Positions 13,266 to 24,992 of a stretch of 64,000 nucleotides of DNA are shown here, in pieces. Source of the stretch: Gekko japonicus (lineage: Eukaryota). Location: contig NW_015175971.1 of assembly GCF_001447785.1 (NCBI RefSeq), positions 1,795,778 through 1,859,777 on the forward strand. Reading direction: 5' to 3'. The notes beneath the pieces are model-generated. The model saw nothing but the letters and a program-made list of their open reading frames with translations, was not told the DNA's origin and did not search any database. The number at the start of each line of letters is the position of its first letter. Position 1 is the stretch's first letter. A program made the position numbers and the translations under genes.

Positions 13266-13476
13266 GTAATTTCCCTGGTCTGCCTTATTACACTACACAA
13301 ATACTAAGGGTTGTTATCACATCACTCTGCAAATGCTAAACTGAGATTCCAGGGTATGTTTGGAAGTGACACACAATGCAGCAAACGTGCAGCAAAGGAA
13401 GTCTGGGGGCCTGGTCAGTCTTCAAAGGAGAGATCACCTGTGTATATCACCTGGAAATCCACATTGGGATATAAAA

Positions 13477-13480
<4 letters not shown>

Positions 13481-13537
<57 letters not shown>
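13481..13537. repeat. (CT)n microsatellite
   Basis: Perfect dinucleotide run. Confidence 0.98.
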
Positions 13538-13541
<4 letters not shown>

Positions 13542-13620
13542 CTCTTCAATCTCCATAGAATCTCACCAGCTCCCAACTGGTGATCCCCCACCAGCTTATA
13601 CTGCAGTTCTACATCAGCAC

Positions 13621-13827
13621 CAGTGCTCCCATTAAGCTGTGGAGTTTTGTGAACAGAAATTCTACTTTGTGAGCTACTGGCATTAAAGTTGTGAGCGAGC
13701 GATTTGGCTACTGCATAAACTAGTTTGCTCTGGAACCATCCTTCCTGAGCTAAGACAAAAATATGTGAGCCGGAGGCTAAAAAAACTGAGAGCTAGCTCA
13801 CACTAACTCAGCTTAGAGGGAACACTG
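13621..13827. mobile_element. hAT MITE, CAGTGTTCCCTCTAAGCTG family
   Basis: TIRs CAGTGCTCCCATTAAGCTG / CAGCTTAGAGGGAACACTG; closely similar to 27555-27758 and 52858-53063. Confidence 0.8.
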
Positions 13828-14734
13828 ATAGAAGGAAAACTAGATTTAAATGCAAGAAATAAAAAAGTTCCATTTGCACACCTGAATGTGCCTCTGGATC
13901 AGGGTGACTTTCCTGGTCAGAGCCAAAGAGAATAACAAGGTCAAAAGGCTGGAAGGGGCAATGGTTGTGGCCAAATTTAATAGGAAAGATGCTCCATCCC
14001 TCCAGCGCTCAAAGGATGCCATGCCTGACAACACCATCGCAGAGAACGCTCCCACCTTTGCAGAGAAAGCCCCTGACCATATTCCTCCCCACACATTTCC
14101 CCTTAATTGAGCAGGTAAGGCCATATAATTAGGGGCCTTAGTGAATGGGTTTTTTCCCTCCACTAATCCATCATATCTGCTCCATTATTCAAACTCTATC
14201 AAATCGGAGCGGACAAGGAGACTCCGGACATCCTTCACAACACTGTCAATATTAACGTCTTTCCAATTACAGAGCGTTATAATGGCAATCTAATGAGGAA
14301 CTATGACATACTGGCTCCCTCTCTTAATTCGTGATTAAGGACTCCTTCAAGGTGGTTCCCCATTAAATTTATGGTCAAAAGAGGCCCATGAAATCCAGAC
14401 AGGGGTATTGAACAAAAATTATCTGCATTGTTTCCGTCTATTAACACCATTCCCAAATGGTGGTCTCTGCCTGTTTATCTGGCAATCAACACTCTGCTAG
14501 TCCTCATGGCACCGAGAAGGAAATTGTGGAGGCAGCACAGATAGCAAAATCCATAAGGAAGGTGTTGGGTGGACAATGTTTTGCTGGTTTCAGCATAAAT
14601 ATTAAAAGGATTCAGCATTTGGTTTTGTTTTTAAACAAGCACTTACCCCCTCAAGGCTGTCATGAGCATGAAAAATAAGACGCTCTCAGAGTATATCTAC
14701 ACTACAAGGCTGTACACCAGAGCAGAACCCACAT

Positions 14735-15240
14735 TTGCTGCTGCAGAAGAAGACCATCAGTGGACAACAGCAGAAGAAGGGGTTACGGAAGCCAGCTTTC
14801 CATAAGGTCTCAATACTGCTGACGGTGAAAGCAGCCCATGTGCATTTTTGTCAAAGGGGGGGGGGGTCAGCATCTCAGGTGGTAACAGGATCAGGATATG
14901 CAAAGATGGGAGAAGGCAGTCCATCAGCCAGGCATGTGCCAGAGGCAAGCAGCATGGTCTAAGACGGACCCAAGATCAGGTTTTTGAAGCAGAGGCTAAA
15001 AGGCAGATGGATCCAAAAGCACAGGAACCATTAGCAGGCAGGTGGTGAGTAGGGCCTCCCTCTTTCCTTTGGGTCAGTTGCTCAAATTGAAGAACAGGCT
15101 CCGGGGCTGACACTTCATACAGCCAAATAGAGCTGTAGCAGTTCCCTTGGGTCACCTGGTCAGATGCTGTTAACTGGTAGGACCTGTAATGTTGTATAGG
15201 TGGCATCTCCAGGGGCCAATCAACGAGCAATGTTGGAGTC
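14735..15240 (-). mobile_element. Possible highly decayed L2 ORF2 fragment
   Basis: Frameshifted peptide scraps (SCAFGSI, AVLRPYGK) weakly recall L2 TCxLDP and AVVRPLLKK motifs. Confidence 0.3.
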
Positions 15241-16731
15241 CCATGGACAGATCCCCTGACACGTCAAAAGCAGCCATGAAGGAGCTGAAGCTGCTATACT
15301 GGGGAAGAAGGCCTTAACACTGCCCCCCCCCCCGAAACTGCCACTCCCTCAGGAAAACGATTGGCACAATACGTGTATTTCCCCCTGCTCCACTTGGGTG
15401 AAAACAGCCCAGGGAGGCAAATTCTGGCCAGGGAAGCAACATGTGAGGAGAGGAAAACTATCCCCCCTTATCCAATGCCACAGTCCAGCCCTATATCTCA
15501 TATCCTTCTCTCTTTCACACACACACATACAAGACAGTGAAAGAGAGAGAGCTTTCTGCAGCTAAATCGCACATCTGGACATATGATATTATCTCACATA
15601 ATATGGCCCTTGGCAACAGCCTGTGGTGCCTTTAACAGATGTGCTTCTTTGCTGGCATAGCAAGGAAAGTGCCAGAGTCTAGTGAAAAAAAAGTTTAACA
15701 TCTTTGCTGGCCCCCTTGAAAATAGATGGGGTGGGGGTCAATCCTGAAACCAAGTATTCTCCCCAAATGCGCACCCCAGTTCTCATTCCACAGTCTCAAT
15801 TTTCAGAGCAGATTAGGCATCGCAAAATATTGTTTTCCTTCTTCCCTTCATCCGCTTGAAAATGGGTGTGGGATTCTTATCCCAAAACATGTGTACCAGA
15901 TTTCATTCCAATGCCTCAGTCTTTCAAGATACTTACGCAACCAAACTTATACTGCTATCCTAAGCGGGTCTACTCAGAAGCTTAATCAGGTCCATTCAAT
16001 GGGTCTTATTTCCAGGTAAGGGTTCTTAGGATTGCACTATTAGAGAGGCAGAGAATGTCAATTTGTCAAGTTAAATGCAAGCACATGTACATCTCCATTA
16101 TTTCCCTGGGTAGGGGGGTTAGAATTCAACTTCCCTTGGCACGGAATTAACGTGGCACCTTCTTTTTCTGTGCTTCTTGACGGATAGAGCATTAAGCCAC
16201 CGGCGTGTGAATCTCCCATATCAACATCCAATAAACCGGCCCCAAAGATACACATATTTCCATCAGCTTCAGTCAGAATGGACAACTACTAGCTTTATGT
16301 AGGCCAGCTGTGCTGCATCTCAAGCTGTCCCTGCATCCAACAAGCACTCAGACTCACTAGTTCCTGTCTCTCAGCAGAAACCATTCATAGTTGATGAGTA
16401 GGCAAATCTTCTGCTCTTTCCTTGACAGTGACTGACAGCTCTATAGTGGCTCAGATGTTGTCAGGATCTTTTCAAGAAGAAGCCTCTTCATGTATCTCTT
16501 AACAAGCCCGACACCCCAGGAAATGAATTTTCAGGAGATTTTTTTTTTAAGCCTTGTTTCATATACAGCAAGCAGATCTCAAGAGTCAAAAGGAGGGGGA
16601 GGAGGGCGCATGCTAAGAAGAAGACAACAGTCCACAGCCAGAAAGACTGAATGGGCTTGACACACCCACATCCGGAGGCTGTGCCTGGATGGAAAGGATA
16701 TATTAAGAAGTCGCAAAATCTCCACTTCATT

Positions 16732-16935
16732 TAGGGCTGCCAGTCTCCAAGTGGGGCTTGGGGAATTACAATTTGGGGAATTACAACTGATCTCCTGGGT
16801 TCAGTGATCAGTTCTTCTGGAGGAAACAGAAGTTTCGGAGTGTTGTTTGTACTGCATCACATCCCTCCTGAGCACTCTCCTCAAGCACCAACCCCAAATA
16901 TCCAGGAATTTCACAAGCCGGAGCTGGCAAACCTA
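16732..16935. mobile_element. hAT MITE, TAGGGTTGCCA family
   Basis: Decayed TIRs; imperfect TSD ACTTCATT/GCTTTATT. Confidence 0.75.
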
Positions 16936-17080
16936 GCTTTATTTCCAAGCTGATTGTAGATATACTACTATATTGGCCTGTCCTGACTCAAAAATTCCTA
17001 TTTTAGTCTTGGGTGGATCAAACTTGTATTTTCACACCATTTTATGATACTCATGTCGATTTTCTCCTCTTAAATTTATG

Positions 17081-17350
17081 AAGAAGAAGAGATTGGATTT
17101 ATACCCTACCCGAAGGAGTCTCACAGTGGCTTACAATCTCCTTTCCCTTCCCCTCCCCACAACAGACACCCTGTGAGGTAGGTGGGGCTGAAAGATCTCT
17201 TTCGAGAACTGCTCGTGAGAGAACAGCTCTGAAAACACTTATAACTGACCCAAAGTCACACCAGCAGCTGCATGTGGAAGAGTGGAGAATCAAACCCAGT
17301 TCTCCAAGATTAGAGTCCATGCTCCTAACCACTACACCAAACTGGCTCTC
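17081..17350 (-). mobile_element. Squam3-like SINE, full length
   Basis: Minus strand begins GAGAGCCAGTTTGGTGTAGTGGTTAG; (TTC)n tail; flanking TTATG duplication. Confidence 0.85.
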
Positions 17351-17417
17351 TTATGCATTTATATATGTGTGTGTGTTATTTCGGAGGATAAATTGCATTT
17401 AAAATGCCTTAAAGGAG

Positions 17418-17732
17418 TAGGGTTGCCAAGTCTCGCCTTGTTCCGGAGCAGGGGACTCCCGGGTCGATCCCGGAGCGCGCGTGCCGCATCCACGTCACCA
17501 GGAAGTGATGTGACAACGCTGGGCATGCTGGGGGCGTGGCAACGACCATCCGAGGGAAAACCATAGAGTTTTCCCTTGGATGACTGTGGCCCCGCCCCCA
17601 GCGTGGTCGCGTCACTTCCTGGTGACGTGCACGTTGGTGTGGAGTTCCCCCCGGGGCCCGATCCGGCGGCGGTGGGGAACGGGCTTCTGGGGCGGGGGGT
17701 TCCCCGCCCCCCGGGGGGATTTGGCAAGCCTA
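17418..17732. mobile_element. Young CpG-rich hAT MITE (TAGGGTTGCCA TIR, palindromic body)
   Basis: Perfect 8-bp TSD TAAAGGAG (17410-17417, 17733-17740); internal inverted repeat CACGTCACCAGGAAGTGA / TCACTTCCTGGTGACGTG. Confidence 0.88.
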
Positions 17733-18009
17733 TAAAGGAGACTAATGAATCTAGAACACCAAGAAGAAAAAGTGGACAAACAGAAAAGGCTCAGAATCAA
17801 CAACACAGGAAAACCCAAAGGGCATGTCTGAACACCCCTTGTTTGTCTGAAGGCCCATCCAGACTAAACAAATCAAAACACCCCAAAGTCCCTTACCATT
17901 AGGGTTGCCACCTCTGAGTTGGCAAATACCTGGATATTTGGGGGGGAGGTGGAGCCTGGGGAGGGAGGGACCTTAGCAGGGTATAATCATCATTTGGCAT
18001 GGGGATAGA

Positions 18010-19008
18010 TATAGATCTGATTGCTCTGGATGGAGTGCCATGGTCAGATTATTTTGTCCTGAAGGCCCAGCTGGGTTCCCCAGTCCCCTCCTGTCCAGGC
18101 GGCAACCTGGTTTATGCTCGCCTGAAGAGCCTAAAGGACCCAATTGGGTTCCAGAATGCTCTGCGGGCTCCGATGCCCCCCTCTCCTGGTATATCCCCAA
18201 AGAGCATTATGCTCAAGGGAGAAGGGCCTGCTGGTGATCCCTGGCCCAAAAAGTATCCAGCTGGCTGCCCTCAACCAGAGCGAGGGCTTCCTTGGCCCTG
18301 GCCCCAACCTGGTGGGACTCTCTGCTGAATGACATCTGTGCCCCGTGGTACCTATTGCAGTTCTGCAGGGCTTGTAAGTCAGAGATGTTCCACCAGGCTT
18401 TTATGGTTGAGGACAGCAATGTTTTTTTTAGCTAGCCTGGTTCCTTCCTTCCTTCTCCCCCATCTGGAAAAGCTACTAAATTGTCTGTTGGTTGGTGCTT
18501 TCTGAAATTGTTATTTGAAACTGTTAGCTGAATGGTTAAGCCTATTTTTTTAATTTAAATTTTTATTATTATTATTTCAGTTATAATAGAATACAATACA
18601 ACAGTGAGCTTCACATAAATAACACAGTGATTTGGTTAACTACATCATAACTATGGCATTAACACTGCAAACAGTTTACAGATACTATTTCGTTGTTCTA
18701 ATCTTAAGAATTTACCTTTGTAACTCAAAAATAGAGTAACTCCTGGTATTGCTTGTTTTTAGGGCTAATTCCTCCCTCTGCAAGGTACTGAACTACTGGG
18801 AACCATATAGCTTGAAATGTTTTGTGATAAGATTTAGCATTCCAGTGCGTTTGTGTTAAGCCTATTTTAATCTCAATTTTTAATCTAATTTAAATTGCTG
18901 TGTATATTTTTGGAAATGTTGTTCCCCACCCTGAGCCCTTCTTTACAGGGGAGGGCGGGTTATAAACAGAAACAACTAAATAAACAATGCTAAATAAATA
19001 AATAAACT
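18010..19008 (+). mobile_element. L2 LINE 3' fragment (ORF2 C-terminus and 3' UTR)
   Basis: Homologous to 50527-51043; ends CCCTGAGCCC...GGGAGGGCGGGTTATAAA...(TAAA)n. Confidence 0.75.
18549..18854 (-). mobile_element. L1-clade LINE 3' fragment nested in L2
   Basis: Flanked by GTTAAGCCTATTTT direct repeats; T-rich left end (poly-A tail); minus strand encodes ...KTFQAIWFPVVQYL...*, resembling the FxxxWxP end of non-mammalian L1 ORF2. Confidence 0.7.
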
Positions 19009-19508
19009 ATGCGCCCTCCAAAGCAGCCATTTTCTCCAGAGGAGCTGATCTGGATCGTCTGGAGATCAGTTCTGATAGTGGGAGATCTCCAGGTGCCACT
19101 TGGAAGCTGGCAGCCCGACCTTACCAAGCCTCGCATGTCTTCTTCACACCGGAATCTCTATGTACTGAATACGAACAGCTTAACTTAAGCTGGATCTTCT
19201 TGTACAGGAGAAGAAGGTGGCAGAGTCCTGGAATTTTAAAAAGGACTATACCACTGCCTGTGAAGGATCCCATTGTTTAATTTTCCTCTGTGTAAAAAAA
19301 GAAGTCTCCCAGGTAGCAGAAAACAAGTACAGCAGAGAGAGAGGTCTGGGCTAAACTCTTTCTCACTGAAGAGCTACTTTTCTACTTGCAAATAAGTTTT
19401 TTTTTTAGGTTGAAACGCATTAAAAATGTTATCCTCCCATGCAGTCTGTATTAGATCGCTTTGTGTTCTCTCTTTCACTATTTGAACTTAAGCAGATATC
19501 ATATCAAA

Positions 19509-19894
19509 GGCCCCGGTCACATGGAGAATTTGCCACGCGAAATGCACAAATGTCAGGCAGATATTCGGGGCACGATCACAACGCAACATCTGGGAAGCGT
19601 AGCGCACCCGTGGCCAACCCATGGAGTCCCACCAAAGATGCAGAGTTAAAAAGTACCAAGGAAAGTACACTAGTATCCGGAAAACGCGCGGCACAGGTGG
19701 GCATCGGATCGTGGGAGCACTAGTATCCCGTGGCATCTGGCACCCGTCCATGTCCTGTCGCAAACCGGATGTTTTTCAGAAGTGATCGCACCGTGCCGCT
19801 TCCCGTGTGATCGGGCGCCCGTGCTTTATTTTGCTCCGGGGCAAACAGCTATGCCTCCCCCACCCCATGTTATCTGGCCCGTGTGACCGGGGCC
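19509..19894. mobile_element. PIF/Harbinger-like MITE
   Basis: TIRs GGCCCCGGTCACATGG / CCGTGTGACCGGGGCC; 3-bp TSD AAA; internally deleted relative of 1801-2320. Confidence 0.85.
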
Positions 19895-20599
19895 AAAGTC
19901 AGTTTCTTAGTTCTGCCACAGTTTCCTGTGACCAAGAAGTGGGCCTAAGCAAATGAAGGGGCAGAGCTGTCATGACAGGGCAGGCAAACTTCTAAATGGC
20001 TACCACAGAACACACCAGTAAGACTGCCAGAGGAAGGGGGAAATCTCTTCCCTTCCTCAACCATCTGGGGCCGGTAATGAAGGGAGGCATGTGTCCCAGA
20101 GAATGCATCCTTACTTTGTCCCATCTGTCATTACCACACCTTGAACTAATACACAGCTACACTTTCCCATGCCTGTTTCAACTGTGCAGCAAAAAACCAC
20201 TCCCCCACACCATATCTTTGGATGCTTTTGGGATTGACTCACACTTCGGAAACAGTTCCGTGCTTGTAGGTAGCCATCAAAATCACTTTGCTACATACTT
20301 CTGCTCTTTGAGACTAGTCACAGCAATAGGATTTTTGCATTTCTCACTTTCACGAGTGGATGGAAGTTCCAAGGCACCTTTACAGTGACGACAGAATCTT
20401 GGAGACGGGGGGGGGGGCGGTGTTTTTGTAACCTGAAACACTTCCAAAATTCCAGGAAATTAATTACAGATAGTCTTGAATTTTGGGAGTGTTTTGAGCC
20501 ACTTCAGATATACCCAAGCTGATCCAACATAACGATTTTGGGGTGTATTTTCAACTTGAGTATACCCTTTTTTGTCAACATACCGCCAATTTATGGTGC

Positions 20600-20710
20600 C
20601 CCTGCAGGTTTTCCAGAGGTGGTTTGCCAATGACTGCCTCTGCATGGTAACCCTAGGCTTCCTTGGTGGTCTCCCATCCAAGGACTGACCAGGGCCGACG
20701 CTGCTTAGCT
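20600..20710 (-). mobile_element. 5S rRNA-derived SINE fragment
   Basis: TTCCTTGGTGGTCTCCCATCCAAG.ACT.ACCAGGGCCG..CTGCTTAGCT is the reverse complement of the 5S internal control region; other copies at 31307-31519, 36373-36500, 59930-60075 (+), 60470-60610. Confidence 0.75.
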
Positions 20711-20719
20711 GGCCAGCGG

Positions 20720-20973
20720 TGAATTGGCACCCCCAAAATTGGGGGAAAAGCCACACCAACTGGGGGGATGGACACCCTAGATGACATCACCCAGAAGGGA
20801 CATCATCTCGCTGCCGACATCACGTGGCAACGCTCTAGTTTTTGGGCAAAACTCTGTAGTTTGAGCTCAAATTTACCACAGAGTTTTGCCCAAAAACTAG
20901 AGTGTCACCATGTAATGGAGGGACCCACAAAAGCAGGGGAAACGCTGCCTGGGCTGGGGGGCTGGCGACCCTA
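20720..20973. mobile_element. Decayed palindromic hAT MITE related to 17418-17732
   Basis: Right TIR CTGGCGACCCTA; central 25-bp perfect inverted repeat; left boundary approximate. Confidence 0.6.
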
Positions 20974-22430
20974 TAGCAAGGTGTGGGATGGTAAACCATC
21001 GTCCTGCTTTAGCCACAGCCATTAGCATATGGAATTACTCAAGTGCTCATTGCTTGGGTTTGATGTCAGACTCCTGGGCCCCTCCTTTCTCCCAGCTATG
21101 AGTTCACAGCCAGGTTCTAACCCATAAACAGAATGTAGTCCTAATTGATGAATTATTGGGGTGAAGGTGGAGGGCATTTCTCCACAGGGATAAAAAGAGA
21201 ATGGGTTAAAAAAGAAAGTAGTTTAAAAGAGAAAGAAAAACGTTTCTTTGTCCCCTGTGAACACTGCAATATGTTAGCAAAAACAGAGAAATGACTCTCA
21301 GATGGATTCGAGTTGCACACACCTGCTAAACATATATTCTAAGAAAGCAGCATGTGAAATCTTCAGGACATTTTGGCTGCTAGTCTTGCCTTCCACAAAC
21401 ATCCCTTTGAACTTTATGCCACATAAAAAAAATGTTTTTCCTTTTTTGATGCCGTTTTTATGTTTTACACTTGTTGATGGCTTGCTATTCTGCCTTGTCA
21501 GCTTGGTTATTCCTTGTCTTAATCATACTATGTGCAACGTTTTCCTCTGTGCCATCGGACACCACCTCAAAACGTTCTGAGCAAGGGCATATAAATAGGT
21601 GCAGTGCAGAAAGAATCAAGACAAATACCCATCCCCCCTTCCCTTCAGTTGTTCTCCCCCCCCCCTTCATGCATACATCTCATAAAAAGCTAAATAATTG
21701 CCCATTTACCATCTCTGTCTCCTGGTGCCACTGCTCCCCAGTTCCTCTCACAAGATTTCCATCTCTGCAAGACCAAGACCGACGGGCCTGTTTCAGAGAC
21801 CCTATTTCGCAAATTGCTGCCACGTTATACATTTCATTTAATGCCTTCTTTCTCAATGGCTTTTTTTTTTTAAGCTTGAGTGTCAGGTACTTAAAAGCAA
21901 GGCAGTCAGTGGAATGAGAGGCAGCATTATGAAGAGAACTCTGGCAGGCAGTGCGGCAGGACTGACTGAGATATCAAGAAAATATAATAATCATAGGAAG
22001 AAAAGAATGTTCCGGCACCCCGACTTATTCACCCGTTACTACCTCACCGTAACCAGCTTTCTTACCCCATGAGTGACATTACTTGTACATTGGGGCAGTT
22101 ATACCAGGCCCTGAATATATATGAACCTATGAAGTTGCCTTATACTCAGGCCCTCACAGAGGTCAAGAGAGGCCCGGGCCACTTCCATTTTTGAGGGGGG
22201 CCCCCAGTAAATTAAATAATGAAGAAGTGCGAAAACAGTGATACAAAACTAATAGTATAATTGTTTACATTTAATACAATAAGAAAAAGAATATTGTAAG
22301 ATTCTGTAATAAATGTTCCCGTTTTTATTTAGCCTGTGATATAATGTCAAAAGTGTAAATTTGAGGGCGCCTGTGAATGTGAGGCCCAGGCCAAATGGCC
22401 CTGCTGGCCCCCCCTCTCAGAGACTCTGCT

Positions 22431-22652
22431 TAGAGTTGCCAGCTCCAGGTTGGGAAATACCTAGAGATTTTGAGGGTCAAGCCTGAGGAGAGCCAAATTT
22501 GGGGAGGGGAGGGATCTCAATGGGGTATAATGCCATAGAGTCTACCCTCCAAAGCAGCCATTTTCTCCAGGTGAACTGATCTCTGTCGCTTGGAGATCAG
22601 TTGTTGTAATCCCAGGAGACCTGCAGCAACCACCTGGAGGTTGGCAACCCTA
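22431..22652. mobile_element. hAT MITE, TAGGGTTGCCA family
   Basis: TAGAGTTGCCA ... TGGCAACCCTA; lies within a tRNA-SINE next to another MITE-like insert (22147-22428). Confidence 0.8.
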
Positions 22653-24027
22653 CTTACACCGTATCAGGCCACTGGCCCATCAGGCCCAGGATTGCTTACA
22701 CTGAGAGGCAATGGCTTTCCAGGGTCTCAAGCAGACACCTGAGTACTTTCAGGACACCTGAGCACTTTCAACTAGACATGCCAAGGAATGAGCCTGGGAC
22801 CTTTTGCCAGCCACTAAGCGATGGTCCCCTCTACTTCCTTGCTGCCGCTCCTTATGCTGTAGGCTTGCTCATTTGCAAAGACACACTCCTATGCAAATAC
22901 GAATAGCCTAAATGTTCTCTCAGATCTCAAGCTGGCAGCAGCATACTCTTGGATCTAGAACTCAGAATTTGTCAGCAGGATCCATCCGGATCATGCCACA
23001 AGGTTCTTGCTTGTAGGATTTTTAGCACTATGACAGCCAATGATTGGCATGTACCAAGGCCAAGAAGCTGCCACATGGGTAGCAGATTGGGCAAAACTGA
23101 TCAGGCCTCCTCAGCCTCCCCGAAAGTCATTGTATCATCACTCTGTACCAAAACCCTGTTTTTGAATATACAGCAGTCTCACCCCACCCCACTTCCCACA
23201 ATTCAGTGGCTTGTATCTTACCACTCCACTCATCCAAGTCTGAAGTCTTCCTTCCTCTGATGGAAGAAGCTCTTCTGTTGGAGGAAGGTGAAAAACCCAG
23301 CATTCCGCAGAACTGCACTGAAGCAGGTTATTCCACAAAGTTATCTTGGGTTATGCATGTCTATTTTAACCAGTGGCGCATCTGATTTGGTTGTTTGTAT
23401 TTGCTTTAAAGTAGGAATCCAAGGTTGTCTCAAATGGAAGAACTGGGACTCTTGCTCTTCTCTCTCTCCCCTCTGCCAGATGCTGAATCTGAAATTCCAC
23501 CATGGTACTTTGGAAATGTTCTTCATTTGAATTTGTCTCTGAATTTTGGCTCTCCCTGACCGTCTTGTTTTAAAAGTGAAGGTAATGGATTAGGAATCCT
23601 CCATTGTTCTAGCATTTTTATTTCCAGACACTTGTACCTTTTCTTCATGTTGCTGATGATTCAATGCACAGTGATAAAAATACTACAAAGCGGTAGTCTC
23701 CAAATGTGACTACGTATAACATTGCATCACAGTTCTTTTGCACCAGCTCACATCAACAACACCCCCCACACAGCAAATCTTGATGCAAACATACACAGGA
23801 CAACACCAAGGTTGAACACATGCTCCTTAGTATCAAAGGAGGGGGAAAAGTTGTAAATAGACAGAAAATTATGACAAAGTGCACACACATCCCAATCCTG
23901 AAATTACTCTTAGAAATTTTCCTAGTTAGCTGGAACAAAGGAGGAGTAAAATGAAACAGAACAAATTTCTGGATCTCAGAAGGAAAGGAAAGATAAAAAT
24001 CCACTTGTTGGGAAATCTGACAAGCTA

Positions 24028-24992
24028 TGTGATGGATTCCACTTTTAAAAGCTTAGTAGTGCCGTACAAACAGGTAAAGAACTGTGAAGAGTTAATTCTT
24101 CACAGAGCCAGAGAGCTTTGAGTGGCAGGCTGTTCCAAGAGATCTGATTGGTTAGCATCAGCTGAGCCGAGAGAGACTTTAGAGCTGAATGCTGAGGAGG
24201 AAAATTCATTTGGAATTCAGCCCTGACTGAGAGCAGTTTAACACAGACAGGAGAACTGGGGAAAGTCAGCAAGGACCAGTGGGTAGTTAGAAAGAGACTC
24301 CCATTCGGGCCAAGGAAAGGGGATAGATCTTCTAGAGAGAGAAGAAAATTCCCTACCCAGTCAAAAAGGGAGTTAGCTTTGAAGAGTACAGAGATCACTG
24401 GTCTGGTGTGGTTAGAAACTTCTTTAAGAGTCATTTAAAAACTCAAGATGAGTACTGGTGCTTCCAGAGAAGGGGGTTGGGTACTGGAAAGAGTCTACCA
24501 GCCTTCAAAGAGTCAGAGAATACTCAAAGAAAGTTCCTGACATTGAGGAAAACACTGGAACAAACGCCTCTCAACATTAAAAATTGTAAGCAATTCTAAA
24601 TAGCATAAGAAACGCTCATTAGCCTGAAACATAAGTGCTAAAGTCTGTGTATGTACTGATTTCACCTCAGAGTTATCTATATTGAGTTACCTCAGAAATT
24701 TTACCCCTAATTGCACCAGACCTTTCCCCTCTATGTGAATAAAATATGTTATTTTTGAATTTCAGAACACCTCAAGTGCCATTTAAGTTGTTTAAATTAA
24801 GCGGGCTCCTAGTCCTTCCCTCAGGTTCCTGGGCTGAGCCAACAGCCAAAATATCGCACTGTTACAGGGAGGGACAGCCAGAGTTCTTCAGCAAAGAAGA
24901 AAACATATCACTAGGGCGGCTCAGTCAGTAAAGGGAAAGAAAAACAGAGAAAATCTTGCCTCTGAGGGAGGGAAGTAGACAGGGCCATCATA
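24028..24992 (+). mobile_element. Probable solo LTR (~965 bp)
   Basis: Terminal inverted TGTGATGG / CCATCATA; purine-rich body with ATTGG box and AATAAA near 24738; only a TA duplication at the flanks, no 4-5 bp TSD. Confidence 0.5.

Larger units (their letters stand above)
17900..19118. mobile_element. hAT MITE split by a nested L2 insertion
   Basis: Left half 17900-17990 and right half 19009-19118 together match the intact copy at 22431-22652; flanking CCTTACCA duplication. Confidence 0.75.

Noticed and set aside
21707-21784. 78-nt minus-strand exon-like segment between CAG and GTAAAT
   Set aside because: Weak polypyrimidine tract, no recognisable peptide and no partner exons.
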